The translations under genes and the position numbers were made by a program. Under the pieces are notes generated by a model that ran no database searches, was not told the DNA's origin, and saw only the letters and a list, made by a program, of their open reading frames with translations. Shown one piece after another: positions 39,896-49,225 of a stretch of DNA of 64,000 nucleotides. The first letter of the stretch is position 1. Each line of letters opens with the position of its first letter. The DNA comes from Fimbriimonadales bacterium (GTDB lineage: Bacteria; Armatimonadota; Fimbriimonadia; Fimbriimonadales; ATM1): the NCBI GenBank assembly GCA_051003155.1, contig JBPCLO010000006.1, positions 33,704-97,703 of the forward strand, in the 5' to 3' direction.

Positions 39896-40372
39896 CTACT
39901 CGCCCGCCACAAGCTCCGGCGCGAACTCGCAGTGGAGGATCTCTTGCTCGAGCATCTGCACCGCTTTAAGCACTTGCGCGCTTAAGGCCATTACTTTCGG
40001 CACCGCATACGAGAAGACCGCGAGGCGAAGATAAGCTGGCTCGGCAGTGCTCGCCACCTCCCAAAAGTTGAGCACAAGTTCTTCGCCGTCATCTTCGATG
40101 AACTCTTCGCAATACCGGACAAGGGCATTGCGGTTTCTTAGTCCAAGTATCTCGCGCCCCTCGTTCCGGCCAGACGATGCAAGTAGGCTTATCGGGTCAT
40201 TGCTGGTGACGGGATGCGGTGATTCGAAAGTCAAGATGTTGAGGCGAAGAATGCCACCGTCAGGTTCGTGGAATGCCGCGCCCCCAGTTTCTTCGTACTC
40301 GGCGACCCAGCTCTTGGGCAGCTTGAACGTAGCTTGGCCCCCGCGAAAGTTGACGCGCTGCATTTCCATCAT
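39896..40372 (-). CDS. Hypothetical protein
   Basis: 158-aa ORF coupled to the lysS stop. Confidence 0.65.
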   Translation of the reverse strand: MMEMQRVNFRGGQATFKLPKSWVAEYEETGGAAFHEPDGGILRLNILTFESPHPVTSNDPISLLASSGRNEGREILGLRNRNALVRYCEEFIEDDGEELVLNFWEVASTAEPAYLRLAVFSYAVPKVMALSAQVLKAVQMLEQEILHCEFAPELVAGE

Positions 40373-41838
40373 CCCTGCGGCCGCATCGTCGGGAAGAGAA
40401 TAACGTCGCGGATGCTCTCTGCGTCTGTCATCAGCATCGCGAGGCGGTCCATGCCGATACCCAGGCCGCCAGCAGGTGGCATGCCCACTTCGAGCGCATA
40501 GAGAAAGTCTTCGTCTAGCGGATTCGCTTCGTGGTTTCCGGCAGCGAGCTGTTCGGCCTGAAGCTGCATCCGCTCACGTTGGTCGATTGGGTCGTTGAGC
40601 TCGCTGAACGCATTGCATAGCTCGCGGCCCAGGACATAGCCCTCGAATCGGCGTGTAAATCGCGGGTCGTCCTGCTTTTTTTTGGCTAGCGGCGAGGTCT
40701 CGATCGGGTAGTTCTGCACAAAGGTAGGCTGAGTGAGGTGCGGCTCGACGAAGCGCTCCAGCATCTTTTCGATAATGCCGCCCACGTCATGCTCTTGTTC
40801 GGAGTCCAAGCCCGCCGCCGCCATGGCCTTCTTTGCAGATACTAGTGAGTCAAAGGCGGTCGGCGCGATTCCCGACCGCTCCTCGATCCCTTGCAACAGA
40901 TCCAAGCGCGCCCAGGTCTTCGAAAAGTCGATGGACAGGCCGCCGGTCTTCACCACTGCGGACCCGGTCACTGAAACGGCGACGGCATGACATAGCTCTT
41001 CGACCAGCCGTTGGATGGCCTCCATGTTCGCGTATGCCTCATAAAGCTCGAGCATCGTGAATTCAGGGTTGTGGCGGGTGCTGATGCCCTCGTTACGGAA
41101 AACCCGGCCGATCTCGAAAACCTTGCCGACGCCGCCGACGAGCATGCGCTTGAGATATAGCTCGAGCGAAATTCGCAACTTCAGCTCGAGGTCGAGCGCG
41201 TTGTGGTGTGTCTTGAATGGGCGTGCGGCGGCTCCGCCTGCTTCCGTTTGCAAGACCGGAGTTTCAACCTCGATAAAACCTTTCCCTTCGAGAAACTGCC
41301 GAGTGGCTGTGACTACCCTTGCTCGATCCAGGAGAGTTCGGCGGCTGTCTGCATTTGCGATCAGGTCGAGATATCGCCTGCGATACCGCTCTTCGATGTC
41401 GGCCAGGCCGTACCATTGGTGGCCTTCCTTCTCCTTGCCGAGTGGCAGCGTATGGAGGCTTTTGGCGAGAACCCGCACGTCGCGCGCATGGATCGAAACT
41501 TCCCCAGTCCGAGTCTTGAAGACCTCGCCGGAAACGCCGACAATATCACCGATGTCAACGAGCGAGAACACCTCCCAAAGATCCTCACCGACGTCCTCCT
41601 TTTTCAGGTAAGTCTGCATCCGGTCACCCTCGCGTGAGATGTCGAAGAATGCGGCCTTGCCCATTGTGCGCAGAGCAGTGATGCGCCCCGCTAATGACAC
41701 GGTCTTACCTTCGAGCACGCCAAAGTCGTCCCGGATGTCCGGGGGGAAATGCGTTGTGAGGTATTCCTCCGCGATGTAAGGGTCGTGGCCCAGTTCTTTG
41801 AGACGTTCTAGCTTTTGGAGTCTGAGCTCCTCGCTCAC
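40369..41838 (-). CDS. lysS: Lysyl-tRNA synthetase, class II
   Basis: GGAAARPF, LRISLELYLKR, FRNEG, HNPEFT, PPAGGLGIGMDRL. Confidence 0.97.
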   Translation of the reverse strand: MSEELRLQKLERLKELGHDPYIAEEYLTTHFPPDIRDDFGVLEGKTVSLAGRITALRTMGKAAFFDISREGDRMQTYLKKEDVGEDLWEVFSLVDIGDIVGVSGEVFKTRTGEVSIHARDVRVLAKSLHTLPLGKEKEGHQWYGLADIEERYRRRYLDLIANADSRRTLLDRARVVTATRQFLEGKGFIEVETPVLQTEAGGAAARPFKTHHNALDLELKLRISLELYLKRMLVGGVGKVFEIGRVFRNEGISTRHNPEFTMLELYEAYANMEAIQRLVEELCHAVAVSVTGSAVVKTGGLSIDFSKTWARLDLLQGIEERSGIAPTAFDSLVSAKKAMAAAGLDSEQEHDVGGIIEKMLERFVEPHLTQPTFVQNYPIETSPLAKKKQDDPRFTRRFEGYVLGRELCNAFSELNDPIDQRERMQLQAEQLAAGNHEANPLDEDFLYALEVGMPPAGGLGIGMDRLAMLMTDAESIRDVILFPTMRPQG

Positions 41839-42338
41839 TTCACGCCCTTGGCCAGGCCCTTGATTTCGTAGGTGATCTTGCCTGCCGGCGCATCAACGGT
41901 CACTTTGTCGCCTTTCTTCTTACCGAAGATCGCCTCGCCGAGAGGCGATTCGGTCGAAATCCTGTCCTCATCCGGATCCGCTTCAATGCTACTGACCACC
42001 ATGACCTTGAACTCGTCCTTGTTCCTGGTGTTGGCGAGTTGGACCAGCGAACCGATGGTCACTTCCTTCGTCGATACGTCTTCAGGCGTGATGACCTGAG
42101 CGTTAGCGAGAACGGACTTCAGATCGACGATACGGCCTTCCACCATTGCCTGTTCGAACTTCACTTCGTCGAGCTCGGAGTTATCTTCGCTAAACTCACC
42201 GTGCTCCTTGCTATCGCGGATACGCGCGGCGATTTCCTGACGACGCGCGGTCGTCAGATACTGCAATTCTTCCTCCAATCGCTTGTGGCCGGCTGGCGTC
42301 AGATAGATAACATCGTTTGTATTGTCGGACATTGACAT
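41835..42338 (-). CDS. greA: Transcription elongation factor GreA
   Basis: LTPAG...LEEEL, ISTESPLG, VDAPAG. Confidence 0.92.
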   Translation of the reverse strand: MSMSDNTNDVIYLTPAGHKRLEEELQYLTTARRQEIAARIRDSKEHGEFSEDNSELDEVKFEQAMVEGRIVDLKSVLANAQVITPEDVSTKEVTIGSLVQLANTRNKDEFKVMVVSSIEADPDEDRISTESPLGEAIFGKKKGDKVTVDAPAGKITYEIKGLAKGVK

Positions 42339-42479
42339 GATTGTTTACCGAAGGTCCCGTACTCGAACCGAGGCATTATGGCCTAGATAGCCCTGAGCGT
42401 ATCGTGGGGTTGATGGTTAAGAACGTCATTCATGGAGATAAGGTTTCAAAATTTTGAAAGGAAATTAACGGAGAGCCGC

Positions 42480-43352
42480 CTATTCCGGCATCAGGTCAGA
42501 TAGGCGCCGTCGCTGGGCAAGCTGCCTGAGCCGTTTTAGCGCCTGGACCTCGATCTGACGAACCCGTTCACGCGAAAGCTGCAAGTCGGATCCGATGTCT
42601 CGCAGAAGCAACGCTTCGACCTCGCTGTCTAGGCCGATTCGCTGTCGGATGACACGACGTTCACGCTCAGGGAGGACCTCCAAGACTTGCAACAGATGGG
42701 ATAGCGATTCTCGGTTCAGCGCCACGGATTCTGGATTGTTTTCGCCCTTGTCAGCCTGCAGAGAAAGCAGGCTCGTGCCTTCGTCGTCCCCGAGGCTCAT
42801 GTCGAGGGAAATCGTTTCCATCGGGCATTGCAAAGTGCTCAGCAGCTTGGGTAGCGAAACTCCGAGGATATTTGCCAGCTCTTCGTTGGTCGGCTCTCGG
42901 CCGTGCCTCATGGTGAACCCCGTGCGCTCGCGGTCAGCCCGTCGAATAAGCTCAACAACGTGGACGGGCAGCCGAATCGAGCGCGCCTTGCTTCCCACGG
43001 CACGGCCAATCGTTTGGCGGATCCAATGCGTGGCGTAGGTCGAGAACCGGTATCCCTTGTCGGGATCAAAGCGTGAAACCGCGTTCATCAGCCCGATCGC
43101 GCCTTCCTGCACGAGGTCCTCGAAGGGAATGGAGCGGTTGCGGTAGTGTTTGGCGATGCTCAGGACGAGTCGCATGTTGGCCTCGATCAGCTTGCGGCGG
43201 GCGTTTTCGTCCCCTGCACGAGCGCGCATGGCGAGGTCCCGCTCCTGTTCGGGCAACAGAAGTGGAGTTTGAGTCAGACGCGCGAACGACGGCGTTTCAT
43301 GCTCTAACCTATCGTCCTGCCAATCTGGCGGAATGCCTGCCGTTTGATACAT
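42480..43352 (-). CDS. Alternative sigma-70 factor (RpoD/RpoS-like)
   Basis: ANMRLVLSIA, DLVQEG, RFSTYATHWI, SRERVRQIE. Confidence 0.92.
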   Translation of the reverse strand: MYQTAGIPPDWQDDRLEHETPSFARLTQTPLLLPEQERDLAMRARAGDENARRKLIEANMRLVLSIAKHYRNRSIPFEDLVQEGAIGLMNAVSRFDPDKGYRFSTYATHWIRQTIGRAVGSKARSIRLPVHVVELIRRADRERTGFTMRHGREPTNEELANILGVSLPKLLSTLQCPMETISLDMSLGDDEGTSLLSLQADKGENNPESVALNRESLSHLLQVLEVLPERERRVIRQRIGLDSEVEALLLRDIGSDLQLSRERVRQIEVQALKRLRQLAQRRRLSDLMPE

Positions 43353-43729
43353 TTGTGAACCTGAGCCGCAACGACCCGGCCCCCAGTGCCTAATACACTA
43401 TATTCTATGTAGACGCGCATAAGGAGGATTTGTTCTTTCTATGCCGGGCAAATGAGGCTTAAGGGCCACATCGGTGGAACCCTTCCTCCTTCTCGGGAGT
43501 CAAGCTAGTTCCTGGCCGCTGTTTCTTCATCACAGAGACGAAAGCGGTTGGGTACACTACGCTGCCGCTACGAACCTGGTCGATGCATTGAGCGGCGTCC
43601 AACTAATATGAATACTCTGGGCTTTGAAAATAGGTCAGCGCAACTTGCGCTGCTGGGCTATCTGGCGGCTGGGTTCGGTCCGAGGCTTGGGTCAAGTGTC
43701 GGGCGCCACTCGAATCGATTGACAGGAGG

Positions 43730-44332
43730 TTGTTGGCGGTGCTGTATGTAGCGCTTTTTGGCATCTTCGCGGGCGCGATCGTCATCCCGCAGAAGAAGAA
43801 CTGGTTTTCCGCGATTGTCGATTGGATTCGTACACGTGTATTCCCGGCGCAAACGATCGAAGAGGTTCAGCTTGGCAAAGGTTGGGCTGTTTTTACGTCC
43901 GACGACGATCGCAGCTTCCACGATTGGATTGATAAGGACGACTTCCACAACCCGCGCATCCACGACCGACTTCCGTCGCTCGGCAGCCATCTTTTGGTGG
44001 AGCTTTACGGGTGCGACGGGCGCTCGCTGGAGCAAGAAGCGTTTGTCCGAGACGCGATGGTCGAAGCGGCGAAGCGGAGCGACGCTAGCGTCGTAACCGA
44101 CTCGTTCCACGAGTTCAAGCCGTACGGGGTCTCAGGCGCAGTAATCATTCAGGAGTCGCACTTCACGATCCATACCTGGCCTGAGCACGGCTACGCGGCA
44201 GTTGACCTGTTCTATTGCAGCAGCACCGTAGCAGTGGACGAAGCCGTGCGAACTCTGCAAGAAAGATTCGGGGCGGTGCGAACAAGCTATCTGCTCGTCC
44301 GGCGCGGATTACAGGGTGAAGTAGAGCGGTAG
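43730..44332 (+). CDS. speD: S-adenosylmethionine decarboxylase proenzyme (SpeD/SpeH type) with an N-terminal extension
   Basis: GSHLLVELYGC, QESHFTIHTWPEHGYAAVDLFYC; AGGAGG at 43724-43729; exact start uncertain. Confidence 0.88.
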   Translation: MLAVLYVALFGIFAGAIVIPQKKNWFSAIVDWIRTRVFPAQTIEEVQLGKGWAVFTSDDDRSFHDWIDKDDFHNPRIHDRLPSLGSHLLVELYGCDGRSLEQEAFVRDAMVEAAKRSDASVVTDSFHEFKPYGVSGAVIIQESHFTIHTWPEHGYAAVDLFYCSSTVAVDEAVRTLQERFGAVRTSYLLVRRGLQGEVER

Positions 44333-44360
44333 GTGGCTAGGTTCATCGTTGGTAGGACGC

Positions 44361-45215
44361 CTAACCCTGCGCCAACCCGAACGGCAGATCCTCGAAGGCT
44401 AAAGCGTACGTAACCGGCGTCAGATACGCGAGGTCGAGGTTCTTCGCCTCGTAGGCAAAATCTGTCCGCACCTCCTCGCCCTTGCTCGCCCAGCAATAAC
44501 CAGAAAAGCCGCCGAACGACGGGACGAGCGCCTGGTACCAGCCCGATTTGTCGAACAGGCGATTGAATGTGTGGAGGATGCCCTGCATGCTGTACGGGCA
44601 GAAGACGTTATTGTCGGCCTGCGTCACGAGAAGTCCCTTTTTGCTGAGCGCATCCCGGCAGTCGTTGTAGAATTCGTCCGTGAAAAGACTCTCGCTTAGG
44701 CTGCCGCCCTCCTCTTGGTAGACGTCCGTGATGTCCATCACGATGAGGTCGTAGGGGTCGATAACCCTGTCCAGGAACCCGAACGCGTCTCGGATGTGCA
44801 AATTCACACGATGATCGCCGAATGCGCCGGCGCTGACGAAGGGTAGGTGCTCCTGCGAGACCTCGACGACGCCGCAATCGATCTCGACCATATCGATAGT
44901 TTCGAGCGATTTGTGCTTGCAAAGCTCGCGCAAGACACCCCCATCGCCGCCACCTACCACTAGGGCGCGCCTTGGATCATCGATCGACAGCATGGGGATG
45001 TGGACTAGCGTTTCGTGGTAGGCCCTTTCGTCGAGTTCTGCAAGCTGAATGTGTCCGTCGAGAAGCAAAACGCGCCCGAACGCATCGGTGTCGAAGATGT
45101 CGATGGTCTGAAACCCCGTTTCGCGGTGGCAAATGTGCTCCCTAACCTCGACGGACATCGAAAGCTTCGTGCTGCGAGTGGGAAACTGCAGGTGCGCCAC
45201 GGCCAATTGTAGCAA
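44361..45215 (-). CDS. speE: Spermidine synthase-type aminopropyltransferase
   Basis: LLLDGHIQ, YHETLVH, VGGGDGGVLRE; start uncertain (TTG). Confidence 0.9.
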   Translation of the reverse strand: MLQLAVAHLQFPTRSTKLSMSVEVREHICHRETGFQTIDIFDTDAFGRVLLLDGHIQLAELDERAYHETLVHIPMLSIDDPRRALVVGGGDGGVLRELCKHKSLETIDMVEIDCGVVEVSQEHLPFVSAGAFGDHRVNLHIRDAFGFLDRVIDPYDLIVMDITDVYQEEGGSLSESLFTDEFYNDCRDALSKKGLLVTQADNNVFCPYSMQGILHTFNRLFDKSGWYQALVPSFGGFSGYCWASKGEEVRTDFAYEAKNLDLAYLTPVTYALAFEDLPFGLAQG

Positions 45216-45249
45216 TTGTAGCGCAGCCCACTTCGGGAACTAGGCCGCG

Positions 45250-45558
45250 CTACCGGCGGTTCTCGATGGCAATCGCTTTGCCGTAGACACAGCCCTTGCC
45301 GACCCAGCCGTTGACTCCGCCCCGGTTGTTGCCGATGAGGACCCTCTCGCCGTCGATCGCCTTGATAAGGTGCAGAAAGTCGCGGCCCTTGACCCTGACG
45401 AGGACGATATCATCGACGAGTAGAGTGCTCGTGTCTACCGGCGACACGGTGACGATATCGCCATCGTTCACCTTGCCCGTCATCGAGTGTCCGCGCGGCT
45501 TGACAACCGCGGTCTGCCCTTTGGCAAGTGCTTCCTTTGCAAAATCGGCCCAACCCAT
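45250..45558 (-). CDS. Small S24/S26 peptidase-like protein
   Basis: PRGHSMTGKVNDGD.V.V, DIVLV, IGNN. Confidence 0.7.
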   Translation of the reverse strand: MGWADFAKEALAKGQTAVVKPRGHSMTGKVNDGDIVTVSPVDTSTLLVDDIVLVRVKGRDFLHLIKAIDGERVLIGNNRGGVNGWVGKGCVYGKAIAIENRR

Positions 45559-45646
45559 TGCGGCCTATTGTAGCGCCGGCATCCTACCGCCTTTGAGACT
45601 ACGCAGGCGCTAAATTGACGTTACACTGTAAAATCGCCGTCCTGCC

Positions 45647-46579
45647 ATGCCCTTCAGCCAAAGCACCGGAATGTTCGTCGCCGAGACCCACACGTCGGCG
45701 GTCACGTGGTTCTTCACCATCGAGAAAATGCTGCTCTCGGGAAAGACCAAGTACCAGGAGTACCAAATCTGCGAGATTCCGCGGTTCGGAAAATCGCTTT
45801 TCCTCGACTACAATATTCAGACCTCGCTCTTCGACGAGCACGTGTACCACGAGTGCATGAGCCAGCCGGCGATGACGGTCCATCCGAACCCGAAGAAGGT
45901 TGCCATTTGCGGAGGCGGCGAGGGCGCGACGCTGCGGGAGGCGCTGACGCATAACACCGTCCAGGAAGCCGTGATGATCGACATCGACGAGGAGCTCGTC
46001 GACATGGTCAAGGAGCACATGAAGGAGTGGCATCAGGGCGCTTTCTACGACCCGCGCACAACTCTCGTCCACGCCGACGCGCGACAGTACCTCGAAGGCC
46101 ACAAGGGCGCGGGTTTCGACGTGATTCTAAGCGACCTGCCCAACCCGCACGAGGAGGGGCCCGCCGTTCGTCTGTTTACCAAGGAGTACTACCAAATCTG
46201 CGCCGACGCGATGAGCAACGAAGGCGTCTTCGCCATGCAGGCCGGGTGCGCCAACGCGAACTATCCGTATTGCTTCGCCGCGTGCATGAAAACACTAATG
46301 GACATGCCGGACGTGTTCCCGATCGTCCGCGGTTATTGGGGCCACGTCACGAGCTTTATGATGCCCTGGGGCTTTATTCTTGCCAGCAAAAAGCACGATC
46401 CGATGGAGATGACGGAACTCGAACGCTCCAATCGCTTGGCTGCGCGGGGAGTGACGAATCGATACTACACGCCGCGCTTCCACGAAGCGGTGTTCACCTT
46501 GCCGGATTACCTATACGAGGCCGTCGAACAGCACGGTCGGGTCGTCGCCGACGCCGCCCCGTTTTTATGGGAGGCATAG
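45647..46579 (+). CDS. speE: Second polyamine aminopropyltransferase
   Basis: TKYQ, YHECMSQP, GGGEGATLRE, DIDEELV, DVILSD. Confidence 0.9.
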   Translation: MPFSQSTGMFVAETHTSAVTWFFTIEKMLLSGKTKYQEYQICEIPRFGKSLFLDYNIQTSLFDEHVYHECMSQPAMTVHPNPKKVAICGGGEGATLREALTHNTVQEAVMIDIDEELVDMVKEHMKEWHQGAFYDPRTTLVHADARQYLEGHKGAGFDVILSDLPNPHEEGPAVRLFTKEYYQICADAMSNEGVFAMQAGCANANYPYCFAACMKTLMDMPDVFPIVRGYWGHVTSFMMPWGFILASKKHDPMEMTELERSNRLAARGVTNRYYTPRFHEAVFTLPDYLYEAVEQHGRVVADAAPFLWEA

Positions 46580-46903
46580 ATGATCGCTCTCCTCCAACGT
46601 TGCGCGTGCTTTTGCAAAATCGACTTGACAGAGCAGAAAACCCTGATATATTGATTCCAAAGCAATTCCAGGAGGTATCGAATGCACCACGGCGATTTTC
46701 GTTTAATGAGTTCCGTCCTTGGCCTTGGTTGTCTTCGGTCGGAGGTCTGCTCGTGCCAACCGCAGCCGAGCTAATCATCGAAGGAGGGCTGGCCCGTGGA
46801 TCGGCCTTGGGGACCTGCGCGAAGACATCGAACGAGGACTTACCCCCCCATCGGATCAATCGATGGGGGGGAGCCGGACGAGCTTACACCGGGCATGTAG
46901 CAT

Positions 46904-47389
46904 GTGTGGACGGAAGGATCTGTAGAGATCCTGTCCAAGGTCATTGGCGAAGGGTCAAGCCCGCCGAACGATCACCAACATTCCTACTGTGGACTTCAAA
47001 AACCTCCCCTCCTCGGCATTACCTGTATAAGCGTCATCGAGTTTGCGTTCGGTTCGGCAGGTCAAGTCTTGGAAGTTGTGGACGGTTGGGTTACCCTGTC
47101 ACTAAAACTGATTCCTGAAGTGGCACACTTGGACGGCGCCAGCGGTTATCGAACCCACGTCAGGAAATGGCTCGACGGAATGAGTCTTAGCGCAGGCACC
47201 CTCTCACCTTTCGGTTGGAACAGTCATCGATGGTTAGACATCTACAGATTAGCGGACACGACGTTTATTCTTGAGGGCGACTTCTGCAGGGAACTATCCA
47301 CGATGGTCGCAGAGACACAGGACCGTTTGGCAGGAAGGGAAAGGAGTGGGCTGGACGGAACCGGTGGAGATGTCGTAACCGCTGTCTGA
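46904..47389 (+). CDS. Hypothetical protein, possibly degenerate
   Basis: 161-aa ORF filling an otherwise empty interval; no recognised motif. Confidence 0.4.
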   Translation: MWTEGSVEILSKVIGEGSSPPNDHQHSYCGLQKPPLLGITCISVIEFAFGSAGQVLEVVDGWVTLSLKLIPEVAHLDGASGYRTHVRKWLDGMSLSAGTLSPFGWNSHRWLDIYRLADTTFILEGDFCRELSTMVAETQDRLAGRERSGLDGTGGDVVTAV

Positions 47390-47504
47390 GGACGAGATCA
47401 ACCATCTGTTTGGCAAGTCTTCGCGGGGGGACAAAGGATGACCATGACCGGCAAAAACTGATGGATTCCCCCAAAAGGTAGGCGGCGTTGCGCTACGAAC
47501 CTGT

Positions 47505-48383
47505 TTACGCGAGCCGAAGGAGAACATCTGCCAATGCAAATGAGAAGAAGCCGAATGACACGTAGCCGTTCAGCGTGAAGAACGCGAAGCCGAGCTTTGA
47601 AATGTCGTGTGCCGAGATCAGGGACTGCTCGTAAGTGAGCAGCGCGGCTACGAACAGTACGCCGAGGAAGTAGGCGATGCCCGCGCCTACCACCACTCCC
47701 GCGGCGGCCAGGAACGGCACAGCGAGGAGGTGGAAGATGCGAGATACGATGATGGCGTTGGCCCTTCCGAGAGAAACCGGGATGCTGTGCAGGCACTGCG
47801 TGCGGTCGAATTCCTCATCCTGCAAAGCATAGAGGACATCGAAGCCACCCGTCCAGAACGTGACCGCGAGAATCCAGAACAGCGGCGTCCAGCTGAACTC
47901 GCCAGTAACTGCTACCCAGGCGCCGGCCGGCGCGAGACCCAACGACAGGCCGACGAAGAGGTGGCAGAGAGCGGTGAAGCGCTTGGTGCAGGAATAGAAC
48001 ATCAAGACCGCCAGGGCAAGCGGCGCTAGGATGAGCGTCAATCGGTTCAGCAGCCCCGCGGCCACAAAGAAGACCGCACACGAAACGACAAGGAACAGAA
48101 GAGCCTGATTGTGCTTCAGGAGCCCTGCCGGGATCGCACGCCTGGCCGTTCGAGGGTTCTCGGCGTCGATCTTGGCGTCCGCGATGCGGTTGAATGCCAT
48201 CGCCGCGCTGCGCGCGCTGACCATCGCTAGGAGAATGAGCAGAAAAACGCGCCACCCCGGCCACCCGTCCCCGCTCGCGTACATCATGCCCACCAGGGCG
48301 AACGGAAGCGCAAAGATCGAATGCTCGATCTTGATCATTTCGAGGTAGACGCGGGCCGCGCGAGCGCCGGTGACTGCGGTCAT
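47505..48383 (-). CDS. UbiA-family prenyltransferase (MqnP-like)
   Basis: IKIEHSIFALPF, AMAFNRIADAKIDAENPRT, YSCTKR, FDVLYALQD. Confidence 0.92.
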   Translation of the reverse strand: MTAVTGARAARVYLEMIKIEHSIFALPFALVGMMYASGDGWPGWRVFLLILLAMVSARSAAMAFNRIADAKIDAENPRTARRAIPAGLLKHNQALLFLVVSCAVFFVAAGLLNRLTLILAPLALAVLMFYSCTKRFTALCHLFVGLSLGLAPAGAWVAVTGEFSWTPLFWILAVTFWTGGFDVLYALQDEEFDRTQCLHSIPVSLGRANAIIVSRIFHLLAVPFLAAAGVVVGAGIAYFLGVLFVAALLTYEQSLISAHDISKLGFAFFTLNGYVSFGFFSFALADVLLRLA

Positions 48384-48399
48384 CAGGAGAATGATACTA

Positions 48400-48458
48400 G
48401 ACTGCGGACTGCGGACTGGAGACTGGAGGCTGGGAGGCTGTAAACTGGAGGCTGCAGG
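48400..48458 (+). repeat. Degenerate tandem heptamer repeat
   Basis: GACTGCG GACTGCG GACTGGA GACTGGA GGCTGGGA GGCTGTA AACTGGA GGCTGCA. Confidence 0.75.
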
Positions 48459-48464
48459 CCGGAT

Positions 48465-48488
48465 GCCGACGTGGACGTCGGCGCTACA
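48465..48488 (-). repeat. GTAG-type REP-like palindrome
   Basis: TGTAG-C-GCCGACGT-CC-ACGTCGGC; related copies at 45569-45591 and 56873-56941. Confidence 0.6.
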
Positions 48489-48553
48489 ACGGGCGAAGCT
48501 CCCTAGTGTCTAAAGGCTTTAGTCTGCGTCTAGATAATGGTAATCTCCCGCCA

Positions 48554-49207
48554 ATGGATTCCAGAGAGGTCATCGTCAGGCGCGCTGCGCAGGAGTTGAA
48601 GGACGGCATGTACGTGAACCTGGGCATTGGGATGCCCACGCTCATCGCCAACTACATTCCGGAAGGCATGGACATCGTTCTCCAGTCCGAAAATGGCCTC
48701 CTCGGTATTGGCCCTTTTCCCACGGAAGCCGAGGTCGATGCCGACCTCATCAACGCGGGCAAGCAGACCGTCACTACCGTGCCGGGGGCGAGCTTCTTCA
48801 GCAGCGCCGACAGCTTCGCGATGATCCGCGGCGGCCATATCGACCTGTCGATTCTAGGTGGCATGGAGGTCAGCGTGAACGGCGACCTCGCCAACTACAT
48901 GATCCCCGGGAAAATGGTGAAAGGAATGGGCGGGGCGATGGACCTCGTGGCGAGTGCGAAGTACGTTGTCGTGATCCAAACGCACAACGCCAAGGACGGC
49001 TCGCCGAAGATACTCCCTGAGTGCGAGCTCCCGTTAACAGGCAAGAAAGTCGTGAACCGCATCATTACGGAGAAGGCCGTCTTCGACGTCAAACCGGAAG
49101 GCGGGCTCGTCCTGACCGAACACCACCCCTACGTTACGGTCGAAGAACTTAGGGGGTCAACCGCTCCGTTCGAAGTCTCGCCGAACCTGAAAGCGATGAC
49201 CCTGTAG
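48554..49207 (+). CDS. scoB: 3-oxoacid CoA-transferase subunit B
   Basis: [37 protein letters not shown]. Confidence 0.94.
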   Translation: MDSREVIVRRAAQELKDGMYVNLGIGMPTLIANYIPEGMDIVLQSENGLLGIGPFPTEAEVDADLINAGKQTVTTVPGASFFSSADSFAMIRGGHIDLSILGGMEVSVNGDLANYMIPGKMVKGMGGAMDLVASAKYVVVIQTHNAKDGSPKILPECELPLTGKKVVNRIITEKAVFDVKPEGGLVLTEHHPYVTVEELRGSTAPFEVSPNLKAMTL

Positions 49208-49225
49208 GCGGTAAAATTGTGCGAA

